From positions 1 to 57,595 of the forward strand of contig JAUVXW010000031.1 of NCBI GenBank assembly GCA_030603385.1: a DNA stretch of 57,595 nt, written 5' to 3'. Positions within the stretch are counted from its first letter, which is position 1; each line of letters starts with the position of its first letter. Shown here piece by piece: positions 38,417 through 49,517 of the stretch. Below the pieces are notes generated by a model. It ran no database searches. It was not told where the DNA came from and worked only from the letters and a program-made list of their open reading frames with translations. The translations under genes and the position numbers were made by a program. This DNA is from Promethearchaeota archaeon. Its GTDB lineage: Archaea; Asgardarchaeota; Lokiarchaeia; Sigyniarchaeales; SOKP01.

Positions 38417-41400
38417 ATGGCAGAAACTAAAGAAAATATAAATTTGAAATTATCAGGAATGACTTGCGCAAACTGTGCGTTGAAAATTGAGAATAAACTT
38501 AGCAGTCTTGAAGGAGTTAAGAACGCTGTAGTTAATTTTGCAAATGAAGAAGCCACACTGGAGTATGATCCAAACACAACAAATTATGATATTATGCAGG
38601 CTGCGGTGAAGGATCTTGGTTATCGAGCATCTTTAGCCAGGGTTGAATTAAAAGTAATAGATGAGATATCAGAAGAGAATTTTGAAAGTCTAATTAATGA
38701 CGTCCTAAACATTAAAGGAATTCATGATGTTAGAGGTAATTTTAAAGCTTCAAAATTATTCATTGGATTCAATGAATTGGCACTAGACGAAATTGGAGTA
38801 TATTCTAAAGTTAAGAAATTGGGTTACAATATTGAGAAATCAGCCGGAACAATGGATTTAGAAATTGTGAAACATAAGAAAGAAATGAGATATCGACTTC
38901 GAATTATGTTAATTTCTTTAGTATTTTCGTTAATAATTACTCCAATAAGTTGGTTTGTTATGGATTCATTTGAGAGAAATGTACTTCTTTTCTTCCTTGC
39001 GCTAGCAAACTATGGGATTTCCGGGTCATTTTTCTTAATTGGGGCATATAAATCATTAAAAAATAAATCTACAAATATGGATGTATTAGTTGCTTTAGGT
39101 ACAATGACCGCGTTAATTTATTCTATTTTAACAACTTTCTTAATATCAGGGAAAACGTTCTATGAAGCCATGAGCTTGATAATAACTTTTCTTTTAATTG
39201 GAAAGTACCTTGAGCATAAAACTAAAGGACAAGCCTCAGAAGCAGTCAAAAAACTAATTGGCTTGCAACCGAAAATTGCTACTATTATAAAAAATGGAGA
39301 AGAAATAGAGATTCCTATCGAAGAAATTGAAGTCGGGGATGTGCTAGTAGTGAGACCTGGTGAAAAAATTCCGGTCGATGGGAAAGTAGTAGAAGGAAAA
39401 ACAAAGGTAGATGAATCAATGATCACAGGAGAAAGTAACTATGTTAAAAAGGAAATAGACAGTGTGGTAATCGGAGCCACAGTGAACCAAACTGGCCTAT
39501 TTCATATGGTAACTGAGAAAATTGGAAAAGAAACTTTGTTATTTCAAATAATAGATTTTGTTAAACAAGCTCAAAGTAGAAAAGCAGCAAAACAACAGCT
39601 AGCTGATAAAATTAGCAATTATTTCGTTCCCGCAGTTATCGTAATTGCTATCAGTGCCTTTCTTTATTGGTATTTTATTGGAACTCAAATTTATCCCGCA
39701 CTTCAAGCTACACAACTGGAGACGTCATTACAAATATTTACTTCAATCGTAGTTATTGCTTGCCCTTGTGCGTTAGGATTGGCTATTCCTACCGCGGTTA
39801 TGGTTGGTACGGGTAAAGGGGCAGAAAATGGTTTATTAATTAAGGGTGGTGATTCGTTAGAATCTATTAATACGATTAATACGATTGTATTTGACAAGAC
39901 AGGTACTTTGACAGTTGGGAAACCTAAGGTTTCAGCAATCTTTTCAGAGAAAACCTTAACTGGGTCAGGTTATGATGATAATGATGTTTTACTTTATGCC
40001 GGAAGCGCAGAGATGGGTTCAGAACATCCAATTGGAAGAGCCATTATAGAAGAAGCAAACCAAAGGGCTATAGGCCTAGAACCCTTGACTGAGTTCGATG
40101 CTGTTCCAGGGAAAGGAATTAAAACCAATATAAAAGAAAAGAGTGTATTGATCGGAAATGAAAAATTGATGATTGACAACAAAATCTCAACTGAAGATTA
40201 TAAGGCTAAATTTGAGGAATTTCAGCAACAAGGAATAACGGTTGTCTTAATAAGTATTGATAATAAAGTTCGGGGAATTATTGGCATCTCAGACAAGATG
40301 AAAGATCAAGCACCTTATGCCTTAGATATGTTAAGAGAAATGGGAATTGAAATTTACATGATTACAGGGGATAATATGCAGACCGCATTAACTATTGGAC
40401 GACAACTTAAATTCGACGAGTCGCACATTTTAGCAGAGGTTTTACCAAATGATAAGGCTTTAAATATCCAGAAACTCCAACAATCTGGGGAGAATAGGAT
40501 TGTAGGGATGGTCGGCGATGGCATAAATGATGCTCCCGCTTTAGCTCAAGCAGATGTAGGAATTGCTATAGGTTCTGGAACTGATGTCGCAATCGAAACA
40601 GCAGATATTGTTCTCATGAGAGGAGATGTTAGAAATGTCGTCTCAGCAATTAACTTATCTAAAAAAACTTACAGAAAGATGATAACTAATCTATTCTGGG
40701 CATTTATCTATAATATAATTGGAATTCCAATAGCTGCTGGAGTGTTTTACGGGTTAACTGGGTTATTCTTACCGCCATTCTTAGCAGCGGTTTTCATGGC
40801 AACAAGTTCGATTTCTGTAGTAACCAATGCTTTATTCCTAAAGCGATTTGAACCAAAAACTGAACAACAACTTGAAGAAGAAAGGTTATTATTAGAAGAA
40901 AAAGTAACAGACACTATATGTGGAATGGAAATTATTCCAAGTCATTCAATTGAATATAATTATAAAGGTGAAAAATATTATTTCTGCAGCACAACGTGTG
41001 AAAAAGAATTTAAATTTGATCCAGAGAAATATAAAGACTTTGAACATATTGATCCTAGATTAATGCATAAACAAGTATCTGAGGAAAACCTTGTAGAGGA
41101 TCCTGTCTGTGGAATGAAAGGAAAACCTGAAGATTGGATTGAACATGACCATAAAGGGGAAAAATATTACTTTTGCAATCAGTCATGCCTTGTCGAATTT
41201 AAAAGTAGTCCCGAAAAATATATAAAAAGTAATAAAGAAGAGATTAAAGAACAAAAAGAAGAAAAAATTAATGATAAAAAGGAGGAAGAAAAAATGGGGA
41301 AATTGAAATGTTCTGAATGTGGAGCAACTCAAGAACTTCCAATGCATTGCGGAAAACCGATGCATAAGGAGGATAATCAGTTAGTCTGCTGGATGGGTGC

Positions 41401-41461
41401 TAGTTGTGGAGCTCAATCAATTCCAGAGCATCACGGAAAACCTATGGAAATTGTAGAATAA
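38417..41461 (+). CDS. copA: Cu(I)-translocating P1B-ATPase with two YHS/TRASH domains and a Cys/His tail
   Basis: [41 protein letters not shown]; DTICGM/DPVCGM...YYFC. Confidence 0.95.
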   Translation: MAETKENINLKLSGMTCANCALKIENKLSSLEGVKNAVVNFANEEATLEYDPNTTNYDIMQAAVKDLGYRASLARVELKVIDEISEENFESLINDVLNIKGIHDVRGNFKASKLFIGFNELALDEIGVYSKVKKLGYNIEKSAGTMDLEIVKHKKEMRYRLRIMLISLVFSLIITPISWFVMDSFERNVLLFFLALANYGISGSFFLIGAYKSLKNKSTNMDVLVALGTMTALIYSILTTFLISGKTFYEAMSLIITFLLIGKYLEHKTKGQASEAVKKLIGLQPKIATIIKNGEEIEIPIEEIEVGDVLVVRPGEKIPVDGKVVEGKTKVDESMITGESNYVKKEIDSVVIGATVNQTGLFHMVTEKIGKETLLFQIIDFVKQAQSRKAAKQQLADKISNYFVPAVIVIAISAFLYWYFIGTQIYPALQATQLETSLQIFTSIVVIACPCALGLAIPTAVMVGTGKGAENGLLIKGGDSLESINTINTIVFDKTGTLTVGKPKVSAIFSEKTLTGSGYDDNDVLLYAGSAEMGSEHPIGRAIIEEANQRAIGLEPLTEFDAVPGKGIKTNIKEKSVLIGNEKLMIDNKISTEDYKAKFEEFQQQGITVVLISIDNKVRGIIGISDKMKDQAPYALDMLREMGIEIYMITGDNMQTALTIGRQLKFDESHILAEVLPNDKALNIQKLQQSGENRIVGMVGDGINDAPALAQADVGIAIGSGTDVAIETADIVLMRGDVRNVVSAINLSKKTYRKMITNLFWAFIYNIIGIPIAAGVFYGLTGLFLPPFLAAVFMATSSISVVTNALFLKRFEPKTEQQLEEERLLLEEKVTDTICGMEIIPSHSIEYNYKGEKYYFCSTTCEKEFKFDPEKYKDFEHIDPRLMHKQVSEENLVEDPVCGMKGKPEDWIEHDHKGEKYYFCNQSCLVEFKSSPEKYIKSNKEEIKEQKEEKINDKKEEEKMGKLKCSECGATQELPMHCGKPMHKEDNQLVCWMGASCGAQSIPEHHGKPMEIVE

Positions 41462-41481
41462 TGAGGAATAAAGGTGAGAAT

Positions 41482-41664
41482 ATGGGCAGGTTAAAACTAA
41501 AATGCTGTAAATGTGGCAATATAATGGAAACACTTCCCAGCAGCAGTCAAGATATCATTATTGATGAAGAGAGTGGCGAGATGTTATATTGGAATGGAAA
41601 AATATCTGGTTATAGACCTGCCGATTGTCTTGTATGTGAAAAATGTCAAGAAAAAGGTTGTTAA
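41482..41664 (+). CDS. Small Cys-rich metal-binding protein (60 aa)
   Basis: AGGTGAG SD before ATG at 41482; CCKCG...CLVCEKC...C. Confidence 0.75.
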   Translation: MGRLKLKCCKCGNIMETLPSSSQDIIIDEESGEMLYWNGKISGYRPADCLVCEKCQEKGC

Positions 41665-41767
41665 AATAAGATTTTTTTTGATCCTAATTTTATAATTCAT
41701 AAATAATAATCTTTAATGCATACTTAATCTATTAAATTCTAATAACAATAAATAGAAGTTAATAATT

Positions 41768-42766
41768 ATGAGATATTATTCAAATATTTTGAAATTGATT
41801 GGAAGAACACCCTTAGTTCGAATTGATAAGAGTAATCCAAATCCTAAAGTATTATTGTTAGCTAAATTAGAAAAATTTAATCCAGCAGGGTCTGTAAAAG
41901 ATAGAATCGCCATCTCAATGATAGAAGAAGCAGAGAACCAAGGACTATTAAAACCAGGAAAAATTGTTATAGAACCAAGTAGTGGAAACACAGGTATCGG
42001 CTTAGCGTTAGTATGCGCTATAAAGGAATATCCCTTGGAAATTGTAATGCCCGAAACGATGTCTGTTGAACGCCGTAAAATTATGACTGCTTATGGAGCA
42101 AAAATCACATTAACCCCTGGAGATGACGGAATGAATGGGGCCCAAGATTACGTTAAAGAAATAGTTGAAAAAAATCCTGATAAATACTTTTTTCCAAACC
42201 AGTTTGCTAATAAAAATAATCCTTTAGCACACTATAGACATACTGCAGAAGAAATAATTGAGGATACTGATGGTGAAATTGACATTTTTGTTGCGGGTCT
42301 TGGAACTTCGGGAACATTAATGGGAATATCAAAAAGATTGAAGGAATATAATCCAAATATTAAAATAATCGCTGTAGAACCTGAAGCTGAAACACCGATT
42401 CAAGGTTTGAAAAGTTTAAAAACTTCTTATATTCCAGAAATTTATGATGAATCGAGAATAGATGAAAAAGTGTATGTTTCTATAGATGATGCTGCACATG
42501 CTTCTCGAATGTTAGCATTACAAGAAGGAATTTTTACTGGTATCAGTTCAGGAGCTGCTTTGCATGTTGCATTAGAAACAGTAAAAAAGATGGAGTCTGG
42601 TACTTTGGTAGTATTATTACCCGATAGTGGTGAAAAATATATTTCCAATCCCATTTATGCTCCAGAAAAATGTTTAGAATGTACTAAAATATGTAAAATC
42701 AAGACTCTATGGGATGATCAATATATAAAATCTATATCAGAGTGGTGGGAAAATAAACCTGAATAA
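41768..42766 (+). CDS. cysK: Cysteine synthase (CysK/CysM family)
   Basis: NPAGSVKDR, SSGNTG, GTSGT, GISSGA, PDSGEKY. Confidence 0.9.
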   Translation: MRYYSNILKLIGRTPLVRIDKSNPNPKVLLLAKLEKFNPAGSVKDRIAISMIEEAENQGLLKPGKIVIEPSSGNTGIGLALVCAIKEYPLEIVMPETMSVERRKIMTAYGAKITLTPGDDGMNGAQDYVKEIVEKNPDKYFFPNQFANKNNPLAHYRHTAEEIIEDTDGEIDIFVAGLGTSGTLMGISKRLKEYNPNIKIIAVEPEAETPIQGLKSLKTSYIPEIYDESRIDEKVYVSIDDAAHASRMLALQEGIFTGISSGAALHVALETVKKMESGTLVVLLPDSGEKYISNPIYAPEKCLECTKICKIKTLWDDQYIKSISEWWENKPE

Positions 42767-42956
42767 AATTTATTTCTAATTATCTATGTTCAAATTATTT
42801 TTGATTTTCAAAATAATTCTAATCTTTTTAAGAGAATAATACAATTTTCAATCATTTTTTGGATACTTCCATATAATTGTAAAAATTCAATAAGATTTTT
42901 AAAATAATTTATAATTAATAATTGTACAAAATTTTTTACTTTTAAGGCGAATAAGT

Positions 42957-44636
42957 ATGTCGATGGAATTAGAAATAAATAAGACAGTGGAATTTGAGGG
43001 TAAGTTGTATGAAGTAAAAACAAAGAAAGGACTTAAAACGCTTAAATTATATAATTTTGGAATAAAAGATATTGCTGATATTAAAGGTCTCGATAATTTA
43101 ACCGATTTGCAAGTATTAAATCTCGCTGGAAACAAAATTGCCGAGATTAAAGGCCTTGAGAACCTTAGGAACTTAGAAAAATTATTACTCTATAGTAATG
43201 AAATTACCGAGATCAAGGGTCTTGAAAATTTGACTAAATTAGAATATTTGACCCTGTGGAAAAATCCAGTCTTTAATGAGACAAAGGATATGTTTGGTGG
43301 AACTGGAGTCAATGACCAGTACAAAGATCCACAAGCTGTGGTAGAGTATTGTCAAAGTGCCCCAGAAAGAGAAGAAAAAGCACGAAAAGAAAGAGAGCAA
43401 AGGGAAAGAGAGATAAGAGAGACAGAGCAACGAGAACGGGAGCGGAGGGATAGGATAGAAGAGGAGAAAAAAGTGAAAATTGAGGCAATTGAATCTATTA
43501 AGAAGTTATCCATAGTATATAAAGAAATAAAAATTGATAAAATTAGTTCAAGAATAGGTTTAGATCTTGAATATATTCTAAATCTAATTGAAGAGATGAT
43601 AATTAATAAAGAGATTAAGGCTGAAATAAATGAAAACATTTTAATTTTTAAGAAATCTACACCTGAATCAAAAGAAGAGATAAAAATATCTCAACCTCCT
43701 AAGGAATTTAATGAGAAAACAATTAAAATATTAAGAGGAGGAGATTGGAAAATTGAAGGTAATCAAAGTGTATTCTATTATAAAGTGAAGGTAGAGAATA
43801 ATTCTCAATTTCTTATTGGAAATATCTAAATTCTTTTAACCTCGATTCCACAAGGTTTAAAGACTCAATCTCAAGTGTATGCAATTGATTTTCTAAAGCC
43901 TGGCTCGTTCGAAAGTCCTACATTTAAGCTAAACGCTACAGAAAGTTGTGTTGGAGACACAGTCGAGGGTTTAGTATCATATACGGATCCTAAGGGTACT
44001 CAACAAACAGTAAATGTTGAACCGTTTAAAATATCTTATGTCTGTAATCTACTTACTCCAAAATTGATAACCAGAGAGGAATTTGAAGAAAAAATAGGAT
44101 TTATGGAAGAAAAAAAATTAATCATTGACAGCAATTTAAATATTACAGATTTAGCGCAAATACTTGAAAATAAAATTAAACAATGTAATTTTGCGCTGCT
44201 TCAACAAATTGAAAATTCTCAGAGAGAAGGCTTTAGGAAAATTGAAGGTTTTGCTCAGGGATTATACGATAAAGAAGATGTGGGTATATCTGTTGCTGTA
44301 AAAAAGATGGAAGAAGGTTCTAAATTAGTTATTAAGGCTATGAGCGACAGAGGTGATAAAATAACTGATTTATTAAAAGATTTTAGCATTAGATTAGACG
44401 ACATCAAGAATGACACAGAGTTAATAAAGGAATATACTTCTCAAATAGAAGAAATATTCGATAAACAAGTTGATCTTGAAGCTTATTTAAAGTCCCATCT
44501 CGGATCAGGGTGGGAAAAGATTAAAGATTCGTGGCAAGATTATAAAACAGGTAAAATTGACAAAAAAGAATTGATTTACCGTGGAATTAAATCACTGGGA
44601 AGGACTTTCATAAGAAACGTTACTAGATTTATTTAA
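42957..44636 (+). pseudogene. LRR, charged helix, PCI-like and appendage-like domain gene split by one in-frame TAA
   Basis: ORFs 42957-43829 and 43875-44636 are in the same frame. The junction reads ...NSQFLIGNI*ILLTSIPQGLKTQSQVYAID... Confidence 0.75.
43069..43270 (+). repeat. Three 22-aa SDS22-like leucine-rich repeats
   Basis: IADIKGLDNLTDLQVLNLAGNK / IAEIKGLENLRNLEKLLLYSNE / ITEIKGLENLTKLEYLTLWKNP. Confidence 0.9.
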
Positions 44637-44807
44637 AATTAAATTCTTATTTTATATATTTTTATTCTCGTTCTTTTTAAATCTTAACCATACCTCTAAA
44701 AATATAAATATTAAGAGTCCAATAAGACAAATTATTACTGCAATAACGAATCCCATTTTTATATCTTAAATTAAATAAAGAAGTAAAGAGAAATTTAATT
44801 TTTACAT

Positions 44808-47216
44808 TTAGACTTGTTTCTTTTCAAAAACTTTAGCCATTGCCTCTAAAAGTTTTCGTAATTTTGTTCTATCCGGTATTTTTTCTAATTGTTCTGAATA
44901 TATCGGATAAACGTTATATAAAATACTTAATAATTCAATCCAAGATTTCTGAGTTTCTGTTTTATCAGGAATTTGTTTTTTTAATTGGAATAAAATTCTT
45001 TTTTCTTTTTTTACTTTAAGATTTCTGAGGAACGTTTTAGTAACTAAAATTCGAAATTTGGCATATTCATCAGGTCTGAAATTAACTAATGTATAATTTA
45101 AATTATCATCAGCAAAAGGCAGAATTCTGATTCTTTTATCTTCAGGCTCATCTGGGTTATCAACTAAAGAGATTTCAATATTATTTTTATCAAAATCTTC
45201 TAAAATAGGATATAATTCTCCCGGTGTTATTCTTGTAGCTGATTCAATTTCATTCGAAATTTCAGATATAGGGATATAAAATACAGGAATTTTTCCTGGA
45301 TTTTCTAATCTGTAAGTATATTCTTTTTTGATTATTTGTATAATTTGGTTTTTCAAATTCTCTGTAAGCTGCTCAGAAGTAAAAGAAATTTCTGCCTTTT
45401 TTCGTTTTTCCTCATGCATTTCTTTATCTTTTTGTTTTTTGCTAAAATCAGATGTAAGTGATGATATAAAACTATTTGTGGTCTTCCCAGCTTCAGCATT
45501 CGTGGTTAACCTGCTAGTTTTTCTTTCTTTCTCCAAAGCTGTTTCTAAAAGTCTCTCACTTAGATATCTTCTTGCCTTTTGCTTAGCAACTCCTTTTTTC
45601 TCAAAACGTTCAGTGACGGATACGAAATCGATCATTTTAATTGGTTTTCCTAAATCCTGTTTTTCTTCTGTAATTAAAATATCCATATCCTTTCTTGCTA
45701 ATTGTTCAAGAAGGGCATGGACATTTCCCTTTGATAATTGAGTAACTTTAATTAATTCCCGCTCAATTATTTCGATTGGGTAAGCTTTACCCCTCCTTAT
45801 ATATTCACTTCTAATAATTTTGTAAATTCTTTCTATACTTTGTTCTTCTTCACTCACCGTCTCTTTTTGTAATCTCATGAACATAGATGTTTTATGAGGT
45901 TTTAAATAATAAATTAATATTGTACTCCCTAAGAAAAAAATCATTAGAACTGAAATTATGTATTTATCAGCCATTAATACAATGCCAATATTAGTTAGCG
46001 TTTGGTTATTTACTTGACTTGCTAGTGAGAAACGAGTTAAAGTTTGAGCAAATACGCAAGCTAAACACAGCAGAATTAAGCCATCCTTTTTAAAGAAAAG
46101 TATACGCCACCCTATTGTTTGCCCAGTTTTTCTGATAATTCGAAATAAGAAATACATAGAAATTACAAATTCGAATATATATATGTATGATGCTGGTGAA
46201 CCTATTGCCCCAATTGTTGCCTTGAAAGCTGTAACAGTATCTTCTTGAAGAAGCATATATATACTAATTTGTAAAATCTGAAAGAAAAAGATAAACAACA
46301 CAATTAAAGAGAACGTGAAGTTATCAAATGTACCAGCTCTTTTAGTTTCAGCTCGTCTTCTAGTAAGCACAAATTCAAAAATAATAAAGACCAGTGTCAT
46401 TACTAAACTGAAGTAAATTAATGGCATGATTACACGCATTTGGAAATTATAAACTTTAACTGCACTTGTAGGATCAACTTTTCCAAAAAAATCTAAAGAT
46501 AAAAACACTAAAAAACTCCTATAGAATAATGAAATTACAATAAGCACACCTAAAATAATAAATGGAATGATTATAGCGAATATATACCTTGGAATTGAAT
46601 ATTTCTTAATGAATCTTGCTTCTATTTTTGTTGAAAATTTCCTTGAATACATATAAAAGCGGCTACTCAATAGAAGTAGCCAAATCATTGCTAAAGTTAA
46701 TAAATATGTCATAAAATTAAGATCTGTTGAAATATATAAAAATAACAGATACAATACTGCAATTAGACTACAAAATAATATCAATTGCTTAATTGCAGTT
46801 TTCTCTTCAAAAATAAAGATTCTTACTTTATCTACACTAAATAGAAAAGACAACACCAGAAAAAATGCAACAATTGTATTTGAAAAAACGAAAGGGTTTC
46901 CAAGCATTAATAAATTAATCCAAGTACTTCCTGGAATGTTAATAGCAGTAATTAATAGTAGTGAATATACTACAAATATCCCATATAGACCATAAAATTT
47001 TCGCTGGAAAGAATATGACTTTGGTTCTTTACCATCTATATAGACTTCTTGATGAATTATCTTATCAGAATAAAAAGCTGATAATTGACTTTTTACTTTT
47101 GACGTGAAACTTGTCAATTTAATATTCTGTTTTGAGGTGAAGCCCTTAACTTTTTGTTTAACCCCACTTTTATCAGGTTTTGACTTTTTTGAAGAATCTG
47201 ATTGCTTATTAGACAT
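44808..47216 (-). CDS. Large polytopic membrane protein with a long soluble C-terminal region
   Basis: About 10 hydrophobic segments followed by about 360 aa of soluble sequence. Confidence 0.75.
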   Translation of the reverse strand: MSNKQSDSSKKSKPDKSGVKQKVKGFTSKQNIKLTSFTSKVKSQLSAFYSDKIIHQEVYIDGKEPKSYSFQRKFYGLYGIFVVYSLLLITAINIPGSTWINLLMLGNPFVFSNTIVAFFLVLSFLFSVDKVRIFIFEEKTAIKQLILFCSLIAVLYLLFLYISTDLNFMTYLLTLAMIWLLLLSSRFYMYSRKFSTKIEARFIKKYSIPRYIFAIIIPFIILGVLIVISLFYRSFLVFLSLDFFGKVDPTSAVKVYNFQMRVIMPLIYFSLVMTLVFIIFEFVLTRRRAETKRAGTFDNFTFSLIVLFIFFFQILQISIYMLLQEDTVTAFKATIGAIGSPASYIYIFEFVISMYFLFRIIRKTGQTIGWRILFFKKDGLILLCLACVFAQTLTRFSLASQVNNQTLTNIGIVLMADKYIISVLMIFFLGSTILIYYLKPHKTSMFMRLQKETVSEEEQSIERIYKIIRSEYIRRGKAYPIEIIERELIKVTQLSKGNVHALLEQLARKDMDILITEEKQDLGKPIKMIDFVSVTERFEKKGVAKQKARRYLSERLLETALEKERKTSRLTTNAEAGKTTNSFISSLTSDFSKKQKDKEMHEEKRKKAEISFTSEQLTENLKNQIIQIIKKEYTYRLENPGKIPVFYIPISEISNEIESATRITPGELYPILEDFDKNNIEISLVDNPDEPEDKRIRILPFADDNLNYTLVNFRPDEYAKFRILVTKTFLRNLKVKKEKRILFQLKKQIPDKTETQKSWIELLSILYNVYPIYSEQLEKIPDRTKLRKLLEAMAKVFEKKQV

Positions 47217-47461
47217 TATTAAATTGAAAATTTATAAGTATATATTATAAAAATGTTATTTAAGAGAACTTTTAAAATTTCATAAAAAAATATTAATTAT
47301 CGTTTGTTTGTCTTTAAAGCCATTCATAAAAGCTCTAAAGTCCTCATTTTCTTAAGTATTTCTTATAAGATTTCTAAACTTAATTAGATCTGTTAAGAAA
47401 TTGCATTGACAATAATTTTTAATAAGAAGAGTAAGTTAAAATAATTGTTGAAGGTGAAATT

Positions 47462-47662
47462 ATGACAATGACTAAACTCAAGATTATCTGTCCAGTTTGT
47501 AAGGCTGAAAAATTATTAGAATTTCCAAAATCCATTTTTGAAAAAGCTAATGAGCATTCTACCATATTTTTTCCAATGGGTTTAGTATGTGAGCACCGAT
47601 TTCAAGCATTAATTGATAAAGATCGTATGATACGTGGTTATCAAATAATAGAAGAATGTTAA
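47462..47662 (+). CDS. Small zinc-finger protein
   Basis: AGGTGA SD; CPVC...CEHRF...IRGYQ. Confidence 0.75.
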   Translation: MTMTKLKIICPVCKAEKLLEFPKSIFEKANEHSTIFFPMGLVCEHRFQALIDKDRMIRGYQIIEEC

Positions 47663-47856
47663 AAAAAACATCAAGAATGTAATTAGAATTCCAGATATAA
47701 CTTATAATCATTCAAAAAAGCAATAGAATGGAGTTTACAAAAAGCATTTCATTGAGAAGGGAATACATATTTAGTCAATTGATAAATTATATATGAAAGT
47801 TTTAAATTTACTCAAATATAACTATTAATATATCATATTCAATTTTTTTTTTAAGA

Positions 47857-48135
47857 ATGAAAAAGATTCAAGTAGAAAATAGAGAAAGCCTGATAAATCT
47901 CGTAAAAAAGGGAATTGAGCTACTTTGCGAGAAAAATATTTCAAGTGTTGTAATATTATCTTCTTATAAGATCAACTCTGTTCTCCGCGATAACTATGGT
48001 GTAGATATCAAAGTTGATAGAATAGGCCGGATTTTAGGTCGGGTTGCTAAATTAAATCAATTAAAAAGATTAAATACGAATATTCCAAAATATAAATTAC
48101 ATATTTCAAAAGTCTCGAGTTTACAATTCTTCTAA
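47857..48135 (+). CDS. Small basic, probably winged-helix, protein
   Basis: SSYKINSVLRDNYGVDIKVDRIGRILGRVAK. Confidence 0.65.
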   Translation: MKKIQVENRESLINLVKKGIELLCEKNISSVVILSSYKINSVLRDNYGVDIKVDRIGRILGRVAKLNQLKRLNTNIPKYKLHISKVSSLQFF

Positions 48136-48143
48136 TAATAAAT

Positions 48144-49511
48144 TTAAGTTATATTGCGGAAATCCGTTATTGTTTTTTGGAGTTTTTCAAATAAAATTTT
48201 TATTTCTGAATAACTTTCTTTGATTGGTTTTAATTCTAAATCTATTTCTTCAAATTTGGCATCAATTTGTGTTTTAAATAGCGCTGTAACTTTTTCTATG
48301 TGTTCGCTTATATTTTTTGTAAGATTTTTTATTTCAGCACCCTTATCTGAAGCTAGGTTATTTAATTCCATTATCAAACTTGACATTTGAGAGTTTAAAT
48401 TTGAAGTTCTTTCTAATGTATTTAACACATTCTGAATTTTTTCTTCCAATGGAGTAATAACACTTTTAATATGATCATCAATTTTTATTTTTGATTCTTC
48501 GATTGTTCCATTTAGAATCTGTGAAATTTCATTTTTTAATTCTCTTTGACCATCAACACGTCTATCAATATATTCAGCTACATTCTTCTTAAAAAGTCCA
48601 GAAATTTCTTCAAACGTGCTATTAAAGAATTTCTGTACCTCTCTTAGACCATCTGAAACAGAATTTTTTAATTGGTTTAAGGATCTACTAATATGTTCCA
48701 TCCCTTTTAGAGCTCCTTGAGTCACCTCACCAATCCATGTATTAACCTGCGTTTCATAAGTTCCTCCAATTGCTTCACTTAATTTAGCCAATCCATTACT
48801 AAAGCCAGATATTACCTGATCAACCTGTCCTGAATAATCTTTAACACTTTCTTCTATCAAATCTTCAGCTGAAAGAGGTATTTCTTGAAGTTCTCTTAAA
48901 GGTTGTTCCTTTAATTCTTTAATTATAACGGGAGATAATCTTTGTGAGTCTTCTACAAATTTTTGTACCCATTTAAAGAAATTTAGGTTTGCAGGTATCT
49001 CAATTTCATATGAGACTTCAAGGTAATCATTTGATTTTTTATGTTCTTTTAATGTATAAATTTTAAAGCCAAACCCTTTATCTTTACCCATGAGTGTATG
49101 ATCAAAAATTACAACAAATCCTTTAGGATTTTTCTCTGTTTGGAGAAATTTATGGTTTTGAATTGTAATTTCAGTAAAATCCAGACCCCATCCTGGTCGG
49201 GAAATATACCATCCTACTATCTTCATGTCCTTTTCTTGGTATTGCTTATCTAATTCAACAAATAATTCAATGTCTTCTTTATTAAAACCAGTTGATATAT
49301 GAATTCCGTGTTGTATTGGAATAACACTAATTAAATTGATCACTTGATTTATCTCATCTATTTCACCAATACAAACGCCCATTACTTCTACACTTTCATC
49401 TAATGCTTCATTCCCAAATCTTAACACATGAGTTATCATTCGAATCAATGCATCTGCTTTAATTTTAACTTTAAACCCACCAGTTTCGTGTTTCTTATCT
49501 AGCGATGACAA
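48144..49511 (-). CDS. MPN- (JAMM-degenerate) domain with long helical C-terminus
   Basis: EVMGVCIG; VGWYISRPGWG lacks both histidines of HSH. Confidence 0.85.
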   Translation of the reverse strand: MSSLDKKHETGGFKVKIKADALIRMITHVLRFGNEALDESVEVMGVCIGEIDEINQVINLISVIPIQHGIHISTGFNKEDIELFVELDKQYQEKDMKIVGWYISRPGWGLDFTEITIQNHKFLQTEKNPKGFVVIFDHTLMGKDKGFGFKIYTLKEHKKSNDYLEVSYEIEIPANLNFFKWVQKFVEDSQRLSPVIIKELKEQPLRELQEIPLSAEDLIEESVKDYSGQVDQVISGFSNGLAKLSEAIGGTYETQVNTWIGEVTQGALKGMEHISRSLNQLKNSVSDGLREVQKFFNSTFEEISGLFKKNVAEYIDRRVDGQRELKNEISQILNGTIEESKIKIDDHIKSVITPLEEKIQNVLNTLERTSNLNSQMSSLIMELNNLASDKGAEIKNLTKNISEHIEKVTALFKTQIDAKFEEIDLELKPIKESYSEIKILFEKLQKTITDFRNIT

Positions 49512-49517
49512 CTTTCC

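Noticed and set aside
43827-43829. Selenocysteine or pyrrolysine readthrough at the internal stop
   Set aside because: The codon is TAA, not TGA or TAG; a point mutation or sequencing error is more likely.
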